Source: Nitrospirota bacterium (GTDB taxonomy: Bacteria > Nitrospirota > Thermodesulfovibrionia > Thermodesulfovibrionales > Dissulfurispiraceae). Taken from it: DNA of 64,000 nucleotides. Shown piece after piece: positions 52,811 to 61,538 of the stretch; position 1 is the stretch's first letter, and every line of letters begins with the position of its first letter. Made by a program: the position numbers and the translations under genes. The notes beneath the pieces were generated by a model that had not been told where the DNA came from, searched no databases, and saw only the letters and a program-made list of their open reading frames with translations. The DNA lies in the NCBI GenBank assembly GCA_040754455.1, contig JBFMCP010000004.1:32001-96000 (forward strand), written 5' to 3'.

Positions 52811-52881
52811 TTCTGCTGCTGCTAATGTGTTATATTGATTAACTTTTCAGGATTTCCACCTTTGCGCATGAAGAGAGGTGT

Positions 52882-52929
52882 AACTCCATGCTCTTTCTTG
52901 AGAAAGGGCTTTATATCCACATGGAGGTT
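52882..52929 (+). promoter_or_regulatory. Putative S6:S18-binding ribosomal protein leader
   Basis: ACTCCATG-CTCTTTC(ttga)GAAAGGGC-...-CC-ACATGGAGG. The outer stem sequesters the rpsF Shine-Dalgarno sequence. Confidence 0.65.
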
Positions 52930-52934
52930 AGGTT

Positions 52935-53297
52935 ATGAATTATTACGAGAACATGGTCATCTTGAGCCCCGCCCTCAACGACGAGGAAATCAAAGCCGCA
53001 GCCGACAAGATATCAGACCTCATTGTCAGTGCAGGGGGAGAAGTGCTCAGGGCCGAAAACTGGGGAAAGAGAAAGCTTGCCTACGAGCTCAACAAGCAGA
53101 AGATGGGAGTGTATTACCAGTTCATTTTCAGGGCCCCCTCTGCCACTATCGGCAAGATCGAGAGTTACTTCAAGGTCTTTGATCCGGTGATCAAGTTCAT
53201 GGTCATTAAGCTGGACAAAAAACAGATCGCGGCGCTTCCGAAAGATATCGCTCCCCAGGAAGCAGCAGCTTCCGGCGAGGCGAAAGCAGGGGCCTGA
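52935..53297 (+). CDS. rpsF: 30S ribosomal protein S6
   Basis: YENMVILSP, WGKRKLAYE. Confidence 0.96.
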   Translation: MNYYENMVILSPALNDEEIKAAADKISDLIVSAGGEVLRAENWGKRKLAYELNKQKMGVYYQFIFRAPSATIGKIESYFKVFDPVIKFMVIKLDKKQIAALPKDIAPQEAAASGEAKAGA

Positions 53298-53704
53298 TGT
53301 TCAACAGGATCATTCTTATAGGAAACCTCACCAAGGATCCCGAGGTCCGGTATACGCCAGGCGGAACACCCGTCGCGACGATGCGGCTGGCGGTCACCTC
53401 CAAGTACAAGCAGGGTGACGAGGTAAAGGATGATACGCTGTTCATTGATGCCGTCGTTTTCGGCAAGCAGGCGGAGAGCTGTGGCCACTATCTCGCAAAA
53501 GGCAATCCGGTGCTGGTCGAGGGGCGTCTTCGCGAGAGGAAATGGGAGACCGAAGGCGTTCAGAAGAGCAAGGTTGAGGTCGTCGCAAGCAATATAAGGT
53601 TCCTGCCCAAGCGGGGAGACCAGCCGCGTCAGGCCCGCACCGGGAGCACGGATATGTCCGATACGGCGCCGCCTGACGAGATGACCGATTTGGAACCGTT
53701 TTAG
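53297..53704 (+). CDS. ssb: Single-stranded DNA-binding protein
   Basis: NRIILIGNLTKDPEVRYT, VEGRL, acidic tail DLEPF. Confidence 0.96.
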   Translation: MFNRIILIGNLTKDPEVRYTPGGTPVATMRLAVTSKYKQGDEVKDDTLFIDAVVFGKQAESCGHYLAKGNPVLVEGRLRERKWETEGVQKSKVEVVASNIRFLPKRGDQPRQARTGSTDMSDTAPPDEMTDLEPF

Positions 53705-53786
53705 AGAAAAATGCAAAATTAAAAGATAAGAATTCAAAATAAATGAGTTCACTATTTTTTAATTTTGCTCTTTAAATTTTAAATTT
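53705..53786. repeat. AT-rich heptamer palindrome (inverted copy at 54588..54670)
   Basis: 53755-76 ttttttaattttgctctttaaa is the exact reverse complement of 54601-22. Confidence 0.75.
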
Positions 53787-53804
53787 ATTAAAAAGGGAGC
53801 TATT

Positions 53805-54029
53805 ATGCAACAGAAGAGATTTCAGAGGAGAAAATTCTGTAAGTTTTGCGCCGATAAAGTGCCGTTTATAGATTACAAGGATCTCAAGATGCTGAGAGGA
53901 TACATGACCGAGCGCGGAAAGATCCTGACGAGAAAGATGACCGGCACCTGTGCCACCCACCAAAGGGAGTTGACGGGTGCGATCAAGCGGGCACGGTTTA
54001 TAGCGCTCCTTCCTTTCATGGAAAAGTAG
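53805..54029 (+). CDS. rpsR: 30S ribosomal protein S18
   Basis: CKFC, IDYKD, ERGKI, HQR.L..AIKRAR..ALLPF. Confidence 0.97.
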   Translation: MQQKRFQRRKFCKFCADKVPFIDYKDLKMLRGYMTERGKILTRKMTGTCATHQRELTGAIKRARFIALLPFMEK

Positions 54030-54030
54030 C

Positions 54031-54312
54031 ATGCGGATACCGAAGAGCTGGGTTCCCGTTATCGCGAAGCGGATTGTTGACAATCTTATCAGCAAAGGGC
54101 TTATCGAGCCCGCGATTCCCGTTAACGACCTCACTGCAGAAGCAGAACGGCTGCTCCTCGATGAGCTGATGGTTGAGGACCGGCTCAATGACGAGGTGCG
54201 GCAACTCTTGAAAAAATACGAATCCGAAATCGAGAAGGGGAGGCTCGATTTCAGGAAGCTCTTCGATATGACCAAGCAGAAGCTGGTGCGGGAGAGGAAC
54301 ATCGTCCTATGA
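54031..54312 (+). CDS. DUF507 family protein
   Basis: 92-93 aa helical protein; EDRLNDEVRQLL, LFDMTKQKLVRERNIVL. Confidence 0.78.
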   Translation: MRIPKSWVPVIAKRIVDNLISKGLIEPAIPVNDLTAEAERLLLDELMVEDRLNDEVRQLLKKYESEIEKGRLDFRKLFDMTKQKLVRERNIVL

Positions 54313-54587
54313 TGCTTTCTGACGATAAGATAACCCATATGACTTATGTTCTGTTGAAGGGGCTGATGGATAAAAATCTGATCATCCTGAAAGAGGATGA
54401 CAGCCTGCTCAGGAGAGAGATTAAGAGGACCATCATCAACGAGCTGAAATTCGGGGAAGAGCTCGATGGGGTGGTGCGGCAGAAGCTCCAGTCCCTCTCG
54501 AAGAAGCCGGTGGAAGGGAGCCCCGAGTGGGATGTGATGTACAAGAAGTATTTTGAAGAGGAAGAGATAAAGAAGGGGAGACGGTAG
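54309..54587 (+). CDS. DUF507 family protein
   Basis: LSDDKITH, VRQKLQSLSK...EGSPEWDVMYKKYFEEE. Confidence 0.8.
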   Translation: MMLSDDKITHMTYVLLKGLMDKNLIILKEDDSLLRREIKRTIINELKFGEELDGVVRQKLQSLSKKPVEGSPEWDVMYKKYFEEEEIKKGRR

Positions 54588-54670
54588 CTCAAATTCAAAG
54601 TTTAAAGAGCAAAATTAAAAAAATGGGCTCATTTGTTTTGAATTTTTCATTTTGCTTTTTTAATTTTATT
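54588..54670. repeat. AT-rich heptamer palindrome
   Basis: caaattc aaagttt aaagagc aaaatta ... ttttgaa tttttca ttttgct tttttaa. Confidence 0.75.
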
Positions 54671-54675
54671 GTTGG

Positions 54676-54978
54676 ATGTTTATATCGGATGTTTCATCAG
54701 AGTATGTGAAGAGAGAGCGGAGCATCGCCCGCGAGCTCCGGAAGAGCGCTTGGTGGAAAAGAAAGTGCGCCGAAGGGCGCTGCTACTATTGCGGCACGAG
54801 GGTATCTGCTAAAGAACTTACGATGGACCACCTGGTGCCGCTTATTCGCGGGGGCAGATCGGTGAAGAGCAATATTGTTACTGCCTGCAAGGAGTGCAAC
54901 AATAAAAAGAAGCATATGCTCCCCAGCGAATGGGAAGAGTATCTCGTGCGTCTGGATTGCGATGAGAGGTCCCTTTAA
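54676..54978 (+). CDS. Stand-alone HNH endonuclease
   Basis: CYYCG, TMDHLVPLIRGG, NIVTACKECNNKK. Confidence 0.9.
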   Translation: MFISDVSSEYVKRERSIARELRKSAWWKRKCAEGRCYYCGTRVSAKELTMDHLVPLIRGGRSVKSNIVTACKECNNKKKHMLPSEWEEYLVRLDCDERSL

Positions 54979-55307
54979 CCTGCTCTTTTGGCGCTCGGGT
55001 GAGCGGTTGGCGTACTGATCCCGGCATGACGAGCGTTCTGCCGTATCCCTGTCTGCAAAGTCTCCTTTCCCCCTTCCATTTCTCCCTTGGATACGCCCCG
55101 GCACCTCTGAGGTAGCTGTATATTTACTTTCACCAGAGAAGTGGTTTAATCTTAAGAGTATGGCTGTGTTGTACATCGGGGGCATACACCAATCCTCTAA
55201 AATAATAAAAGAGGCCTTCCGATGGTAAAAGGGGAGAAGAGCGAGTGCGTGGAAGTAGTTCCCGTCATTACTGCCTGTCAGACGACGTTCCGGGGAGTAC
55301 AGTGCGT

Positions 55308-56249
55308 ATGAAAAGAAAAGGTAAGCCGCTTTTATCGATTCTGCTCATTGCGCTTCTGGTAGTCTGCAGCAAGGACGATACGGCACTGGCGTGGACTGAA
55401 GGCGCCGGTACAAACGCAGGTGCGGGCAAAGAATACACGCTCTCCATCGGGCTTATCCCGGAACAGAATATTTTCAAGCAGATGGAGCGCTATGAGCCGC
55501 TTGCCACCTATATCGGGAAAAAAGCGGGGATAAAAGTCAGGCTCGTTACGCTGCCCCACTATGGAAACAGTATCGACCACCTTGCCTCCGGCCGCATCGA
55601 CGCGGCCTTTTTGGGAAGTTTCGTCTACGCCCTTGCCCGTGCAAAGCTCGGCGTTGAAGTGCTTGCCCGACCCGAATATGTCAACGGCGTTTCCTCCTAT
55701 CACGGTCTTCTCCTGGTACGGAAGGACAGCCACATCAAGTCGGCGAAGGACATGGCAGGGAAGCGGTTTGCCTTTGTCGACAGGGCGACAACGGCCAGCT
55801 ACCTTCTGGCCCTGACCTATTTCAAGAAACACGGGATTGCAGACTACCGGACCTATCTGAGAGAGTTTTATTACGCCGGCACCCACGAAGATGTCATCTA
55901 TGATGTGCTCAACAAAAAGGCGGATATCGGAGCGGCTAAGAACACGGTCTATGAACGTCTTGCCCGCGCCGACAGCAGAATTGCCAATGAGCTCATGGTT
56001 GTTGGAAAGTCTGCTTCAGTGCCGGAAAACGGTTTGACCGTGCGGAAGGGGCTCGATAAATCGGTCAAGGATAAACTGAAAGAGGTGCTCCTCACCATGC
56101 ACTATGATCCCCAGGGGCGGGAGGTGCTGAAGAAATTCGGGGCGCAGCGGTTTATCGAGACGACCGATGCCGACTACAGGCCGGTCTACAAGTATGCCAG
56201 GGAGTTGGGATTGAACCTGCAGAAATGTCCTTACCATAATCAGTTATGA
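55308..56249 (+). CDS. PhnD/phosphonate-type periplasmic substrate-binding protein
   Basis: Signal peptide, IGLIPEQ, DAAFLG, FAFVDRATTASYL, GTHEDV..V...AD.GA, TDADY.PV. Confidence 0.85.
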   Translation: MKRKGKPLLSILLIALLVVCSKDDTALAWTEGAGTNAGAGKEYTLSIGLIPEQNIFKQMERYEPLATYIGKKAGIKVRLVTLPHYGNSIDHLASGRIDAAFLGSFVYALARAKLGVEVLARPEYVNGVSSYHGLLLVRKDSHIKSAKDMAGKRFAFVDRATTASYLLALTYFKKHGIADYRTYLREFYYAGTHEDVIYDVLNKKADIGAAKNTVYERLARADSRIANELMVVGKSASVPENGLTVRKGLDKSVKDKLKEVLLTMHYDPQGREVLKKFGAQRFIETTDADYRPVYKYARELGLNLQKCPYHNQL

Positions 56250-58084
56250 AACAGAAGATTGTTATAGGGCTCAGCATTTTCACAATCGTTTTCCTGCTCG
56301 GCGGCATCTACATCATCACCACTATCGAAAGGGCTACCTCGACGCTGGACAACCTTATAAAGCTCCACCAGGTCGAGATACTGAGAGAGCACCTGCTGAT
56401 CCAGGTCAAAATGGTGCAGTCCGACCTGAATCTCAAGAACACGCGCTATGCACGGAGTATTGACACGGTCACCATGCATGTAAGGAATATGGAGAAGGTG
56501 GCAAACGCCTGTTTCAAATGCCATCATTCCGGGGAGGTGGAGGCCCGGCTCAGAGACCTGAGCAGCCTGGTTGAGCAGTACAAGGCTGCGTTGAGCAGGG
56601 CGCTGACTATGCGGGCAAGCACCGAGCGGCTGGCGGCAGAAGAACACAACGCGTTTACCATAGGAGAGGATCTGATTGCCAAGGTCAATACAATGATCAC
56701 CATGGCGAGCAGCAAGCTCGAAGAGAAGACGCAGTCGACGCTCGACGAGATCGCGGGCACCAAGTCGATGCTCTTCATTCTTCTCGCGGTAGGTCCCCTG
56801 CTGGCTGCGGGATTGACGTTTGTCTTTATCAGGGCCTTTACCAAACCGGTCAATGTGCTCTATGAGGCGACCCAGAGGATAAAGACCGGCGATCTTGACC
56901 ACCGGGTCGAAGGGCTCAAGGACGAGTTCGGAGCGGTTGCAGCCTCCTTCAATGATATGGCGGTCTCCCTGAAGGAGCATATGCACCGGATCGAAGAGAG
57001 CGAGAAACGCTACCGTACCCTGTTCGAGAGCGCCCGGGACGCCATTTTTATCCTTGAGGCCGAAGGGGAGCAGGCAGGGCGCATTATCGCTGCCAATAAA
57101 GCAGCGGCGGCAATGCACGGATACTCTGTCGAGGAGCTCCTGGCGCTCCATATTACCGACCTCGATACTCCTGATGCCGCCATGGCAGTCCCCGGGCGGA
57201 TCAAAAGGATTCTGGATGGGGAGTGGATCAAAGCGGAGATCACCCACCGAAAAAAAGATGGAACAGTCTTCCCCGTCGAGGTGAGTGCCGGCCTGCTCGA
57301 GCTCAAGGATCATAAGTATATTCTCGCATTTGACAGGGATGTCACGGAGCGGAAGCAGGCGGAGGAACGCCTCCAGCAGACCGAGCAGTTGAAAATGTGT
57401 GGGGAGTTCGCTGCGGGGCTTGCCCATGAGATCAAGAACCCCCTTGCAGGGATCAAGGTGACGATGGAGGTCCTTTCCGAGGAGCTTCCGATACCTGAGC
57501 AGGACAAGGATGTCCTGCTGAAGGTCATTGCCGAGATACGGAGAATAGAGCTGCTGATACGGGACCTGCTCAATTTCGCGAAGCCGCCGAAGCCCCAGCT
57601 CATGCAGGTGGATATTCATAAGGCCCTCGATGCCGCAATCACCTTTTCAGTAAAAAGTCCTTCCTTCTCAACAGAGGGACCCAAGGCAATATCCATTGTC
57701 AGGAACTTCGCGCCCCGGCTCCCCGAAACCATGGCCGATCCCATGCAGTTGCAGCAGGTGTTCCTGAATCTCCTGTTGAATGCGGCGGATGCAATGCCGG
57801 AAGGAGGCACGCTCTCGGTCCAGACCTCGTACGATCAGGAGAAGTCCGCCATATCCATCGAAATTGCCGATACCGGTAAGGGCATCGACGAGAAGGCCAT
57901 GGAGAGCATCTTCAAACCCTTCTTTACCACAAAGCCGAAGGGTACCGGCCTTGGTCTGGCGATTACCAAGCGGCTCATCGAGCAGCAGGGCGGCGTCATC
58001 TCTGCTGAGAACAGACCCGGCGGAGGGGCGGTATTCACCATCGTGCTTCCCGTTAAAAAAGAGGAAGAGGTAGTGCCGGCATGA
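56246..58084 (+). CDS. Sensor kinase with a periplasmic heme c motif (TM-CxxCH-TM-HAMP-PAS-HisKA-HATPase)
   Basis: CFKCH at 56510-24 between two TM helices; YRTLFESARD PAS; AHEIKNPL; GTGLGL. Confidence 0.9.
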   Translation: MKQKIVIGLSIFTIVFLLGGIYIITTIERATSTLDNLIKLHQVEILREHLLIQVKMVQSDLNLKNTRYARSIDTVTMHVRNMEKVANACFKCHHSGEVEARLRDLSSLVEQYKAALSRALTMRASTERLAAEEHNAFTIGEDLIAKVNTMITMASSKLEEKTQSTLDEIAGTKSMLFILLAVGPLLAAGLTFVFIRAFTKPVNVLYEATQRIKTGDLDHRVEGLKDEFGAVAASFNDMAVSLKEHMHRIEESEKRYRTLFESARDAIFILEAEGEQAGRIIAANKAAAAMHGYSVEELLALHITDLDTPDAAMAVPGRIKRILDGEWIKAEITHRKKDGTVFPVEVSAGLLELKDHKYILAFDRDVTERKQAEERLQQTEQLKMCGEFAAGLAHEIKNPLAGIKVTMEVLSEELPIPEQDKDVLLKVIAEIRRIELLIRDLLNFAKPPKPQLMQVDIHKALDAAITFSVKSPSFSTEGPKAISIVRNFAPRLPETMADPMQLQQVFLNLLLNAADAMPEGGTLSVQTSYDQEKSAISIEIADTGKGIDEKAMESIFKPFFTTKPKGTGLGLAITKRLIEQQGGVISAENRPGGGAVFTIVLPVKKEEEVVPA

Positions 58085-59469
58085 GGAGCAAGGGGAGAAT
58101 CTTCCTTGTCGATGACGATGAGCTCATCATTGCGATGCTCTCGAGGGCGCTGAAGAACGAGGGATACGAGGTCATTGCAGAAACCACCACTCATGGCGTT
58201 GTCAAGAATATAAGGACAAAAGCCCCCGATCTCGTCATGCTCGATATCAATCTGCCCGGGCAGAGCGGTATGGATATCCTTCAAGAGATAAAAGGGGACG
58301 GGATCACTGCACAGGTGGTGATGCTGACCGCCGATGACACGGCTGAAACTGCGGTGAAGGCAATGAAGCTCGGCGCAGCGGACTACCTTACCAAACCCTT
58401 CAATGTGGAAGAGGTAAAGATCGTCATCAATAACATCCTCGAGCGGGAGCGGCTCAAGGAGGAAGTGGATTACTTCAGAAGGATATGTTCCGAGCTTTTT
58501 GAAAAGGAGATCATCGGGCAGTCGGAATGCGTTAAAGAGCTGAAGGCGCGGATTGAGAAGATCGCCCAGGCCCGCGTCTCGACAGTGCTGATCACCGGTG
58601 AGAGCGGGACGGGAAAAGAGCTTATGGCCCGACAGGTCCACCGTCTGATCCATGGTGATTGCTCTGCCACCTATGCGCCCTTCATCAAAGTCAACTGTGC
58701 AGCTCTGCCTGAGCCGCTCCTCGAGAGCGAACTTTTCGGCTATGAGAAGGGGTCGTTCACCGATGCGAAGACCGACAAGAAGGGTCTTTTCGAGCAGGCG
58801 TCCGGCGGATCGATACTGCTCGACGAGATCGGCGAAATGCGGCTCAGCCTTCAAAGCAAGCTGCTCCGTGTCCTTGAGGAGCGGACCCTGCGGCGCATCG
58901 GCGGGAGCGAGGAAATCCCCCTGGAGCTGACCGTGATCGCCACGACCAACAGGAATCTCGGCGAGGCAATGGAGCAGGGTGATTTTCGAATGGACCTCTT
59001 CTACCGGTTAAATGCTTTCTCTCTCTATATAGCGCCGCTCAGGGAGCGGAGGGAGGATATTCCGCTCCTGTCTGCGCATTTCCTCTCTTCCTTTGCTGCA
59101 AAGTACAACAAGAAGGCGATCAAGGGTTTTTCTCCTGAAGCCGAACGCCTCATGGTGAACTATGGGTGGCCGGGCAATGTGCGGGAGCTGAAGAACGTCA
59201 TAGAGCGTCTGGTCGTGCTCGAAAATACCGAGGTGATCCTGCCCGAGCACCTGCCAAAAGAGATACTGTATCAGGCAGCACCTGCCCTGCAGTATCAGGC
59301 CCGTAGCTTCGTCATGCCTGAAACAGGGATATCACTGGATGAGCTCGAAAAAGATTTGATTCAGCAGGCCCTGCGGATGGCAAAGAACAACAAGACCACT
59401 GCAGCAAAACTGCTCAATATAAGCTACGATTCCCTCAGATACCAGATCAAGAAATTCAGGTTAGACTAG
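58081..59469 (+). CDS. Sigma54-dependent response regulator (NtrC/AtoC family)
   Basis: REC, GESGTGKE, ESELFGYEKGSFTDA, WPGNVREL, HTH. Confidence 0.92.
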   Translation: MRSKGRIFLVDDDELIIAMLSRALKNEGYEVIAETTTHGVVKNIRTKAPDLVMLDINLPGQSGMDILQEIKGDGITAQVVMLTADDTAETAVKAMKLGAADYLTKPFNVEEVKIVINNILERERLKEEVDYFRRICSELFEKEIIGQSECVKELKARIEKIAQARVSTVLITGESGTGKELMARQVHRLIHGDCSATYAPFIKVNCAALPEPLLESELFGYEKGSFTDAKTDKKGLFEQASGGSILLDEIGEMRLSLQSKLLRVLEERTLRRIGGSEEIPLELTVIATTNRNLGEAMEQGDFRMDLFYRLNAFSLYIAPLRERREDIPLLSAHFLSSFAAKYNKKAIKGFSPEAERLMVNYGWPGNVRELKNVIERLVVLENTEVILPEHLPKEILYQAAPALQYQARSFVMPETGISLDELEKDLIQQALRMAKNNKTTAAKLLNISYDSLRYQIKKFRLD

Positions 59470-59841
59470 AAAGCCCTTATTCTCACCGCCGAGGGCTTTT
59501 TCAGCGATGCCCTTTATCTGGAAGAGATCAAAAGGTTTGGGGACAAACATGTAGGCACCGCTGTCAATCTCGTGCTTCATGTGTTCGTTGAGTACGCACC
59601 CTGATATGACGGTGACTTTGGTGTCAGGGGAAAGCTCCTTGATTTTTTTCATGATATCCAGTCCATTGGCGTCGGGGAGATTGATATCGAGAAAACAGAG
59701 CTCGTAAAAGCTTGAGCCGATCTCGGCGAGGGCCTCCTCTCCTGTCTTGACCGCTTTCACCTCGACATCTTTCCCTCTGAGAGCCCGCAACAGGCCATAG
59801 CGGATCAGGGTCTCGTCATCGACAATTAAAATTCTCTTCAT
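59461..59841 (-). CDS. Single-domain response regulator
   Basis: ILIVDDE, LDINLPD, KPF; no output domain. Confidence 0.88.
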   Translation of the reverse strand: MKRILIVDDETLIRYGLLRALRGKDVEVKAVKTGEEALAEIGSSFYELCFLDINLPDANGLDIMKKIKELSPDTKVTVISGCVLNEHMKHEIDSGAYMFVPKPFDLFQIKGIAEKALGGENKGFLV

Positions 59842-59913
59842 CTGCAACCTTTCATGGTACTTACCAGCATTCCCCAGCTCGTTTGGACATACGTGTGGTG
59901 GTTAGAATTAATA

Positions 59914-59929
59914 AGCAAGTGTTATGCCA
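59914..59929 (-). promoter_or_regulatory. Sigma54 promoter for the single-domain response regulator
   Basis: Minus strand TGGCATAACACTTGCT (GG-N10-GC). Confidence 0.8.
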
Positions 59930-59998
59930 TTCTGGAATCTCTTTCATGATAACCGTATAACTATAATGTTTAGGTTCATCTAAGGGAAAAAGACAGAT

Positions 59999-60159
59999 CG
60001 GTGAAAAAACCGCCTGCCTACAGAGGCACGTTGGCTTTACATGAGACCTCCCGAAGGAGACTATTTTAATATCCAAATTAAAATAATAACTTATATAATA
60101 TCTCCTCTTGTTTTTTGCCGGTCCGGTGAAAAGACCAGACTTGCCTGGTCTTTTCACCG
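59999..60159. promoter_or_regulatory. Three putative activator sites, CGGT-N6-ACCR
   Basis: cggtgaaaaaaccg (59999-60012), plus the 15-bp perfect inverted repeat cggtgaaaagaccag-acttgc-ctggtcttttcaccg (60124-59). Confidence 0.6.
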
Positions 60160-60221
60160 AAATATTGAGGGGAAAGTAGCATCTGAACATTAAAACTATT
60201 GAAATTTAATATTAATAAATC

Positions 60222-60238
60222 CAGGCACACCACTTGCT
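60222..60238 (+). promoter_or_regulatory. Sigma54 promoter for the multiheme cytochrome
   Basis: CAGGCACACCACTTGCT (GG-N10-GC), preceded by an AT-rich tract. Confidence 0.75.
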
Positions 60239-60399
60239 TGTGGCAAAGTTGCCGAAATGCGCAGTTTCGAAATGCAAAGCCCCGGAGAGGGCTCAAGGGA
60301 GGTGGTTGCAGCGAGGCGTTTACAAAAGGGAGGGTGAAAACTCGACAAGTTTTGGTTCTTTTGACACAGTCTTAGTGAAACGAGTTTGAAGGAGGCTCA

Positions 60400-61449
60400 A
60401 TGAAGACAACAAAAATGTTAGTAGTATTGGCAGTAGTGGTAGCGATCGTAGCATCGTTCTCAATCGTCTATGCAGGAAAAACACCGCCGCCGACCACCAA
60501 TCTTATCGTTGGCCGCCCGGCAAAGGGAATGTACTGTGCTGATCCTGCCGGCTGGATTAACGCAGGTTACAATATTTATGTCTGGGGTAATGCAACACCG
60601 GTAAAAGCCCAGGTCTATGATGCAGAGGGCTATCTGCTGCTTCCCGCCACCGGCGTGACCTGGACCGTGCAGGGTACCGGCGAAACCGGCACCATGACAG
60701 TCGGCGATTCGACCAATAAAGTATACACTGCCACGCCGAAGAGCCTGGCGGCAACCAATATTTTCACCGGCGACTCGAATATTACCTACACCGCCGACGG
60801 CAAGAGCTTCAGCGGCGTTATCAGGAGATGGAATGCAAAGTGCGACGGCTGCCATTCCGTACCGCCGCCCCACGCCATCCAGAATGCAGGCAGCGCCGGC
60901 ACCAGCACCTGCCGTAACACTGCCTGTCATGCGGAGTTCGGATCCAAGATGATGTCGTCACATGCCTACAGGGTTCCTGTTGCCGAGCAGACCACGTCTG
61001 ACGGCTGCTACCGCTGCCACCCGAGCCCCTGCTACGGCGGAATCCACAAGGACAAATTCCCGAATGACTCCATCGGTTGCGTAACCTGCCACGGCAGTCT
61101 TGCCGACGGTGCTGTCGGCCAGGGCAAATGGCCCGGCCAGCTCGGCTTCCCGAAGTGCCAGGACTGCCATGTGAGCGCACCTGATCAGCCTGTTCCTTAC
61201 GCCACGAACACCGGCGTAGAGTACAAGAGCTCGGTGGGCCACGGCAGGAAGAGGAGCAGCCTTCCGAAGAACCTCTGCATTACTTGCCACAACTCCATGC
61301 ACATGGAGACGAAGCCGATGAGCTGGGGTGACGGCGTGAACAACAACTGCCAGGTATGCCATAAGAACAAGCCCACGAACAACAACATGGGTCCTGTCTG
61401 CGGCAACTGCCATGTTGATTCGTTCAACCCGCATCTTGTTGTGAAGTAA
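60400..61449 (+). CDS. Secreted multiheme c-type cytochrome (7 CxxCH + 1 CX4CH)
   Basis: Signal peptide; CDGCH, CRNTACH, CYRCH, CVTCH, CQDCH, CITCH, CQVCH, CGNCH; RBS GGAGG. Confidence 0.92.
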   Translation: MKTTKMLVVLAVVVAIVASFSIVYAGKTPPPTTNLIVGRPAKGMYCADPAGWINAGYNIYVWGNATPVKAQVYDAEGYLLLPATGVTWTVQGTGETGTMTVGDSTNKVYTATPKSLAATNIFTGDSNITYTADGKSFSGVIRRWNAKCDGCHSVPPPHAIQNAGSAGTSTCRNTACHAEFGSKMMSSHAYRVPVAEQTTSDGCYRCHPSPCYGGIHKDKFPNDSIGCVTCHGSLADGAVGQGKWPGQLGFPKCQDCHVSAPDQPVPYATNTGVEYKSSVGHGRKRSSLPKNLCITCHNSMHMETKPMSWGDGVNNNCQVCHKNKPTNNNMGPVCGNCHVDSFNPHLVVK

Positions 61450-61478
61450 AAGCTTTATTGACAGTAGAGGAATATCAT

Positions 61479-61513
61479 AAAAAAGGCCGCACTCGAAAGG
61501 GTGCGGCCTTTTA
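61479..61513. terminator. Bidirectional rho-independent terminator
   Basis: aaaaaaggccgcactc-gaaa-gggtgcggcctttta between convergent genes. Confidence 0.85.
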
Positions 61514-61538
61514 TTGGTGCGGGTAAGGCTGGAGATCG

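Noticed and set aside
60242..60310. GGCAAA...GAAA...GCAAAGCC resembling a c-di-GMP-I/GEMM riboswitch upstream of the cytochrome
   Set aside because: P2 pairing and the tetraloop receptor do not fit, and the predicted sigma54 start (about 60249) falls inside the motif. A cmscan would settle it.
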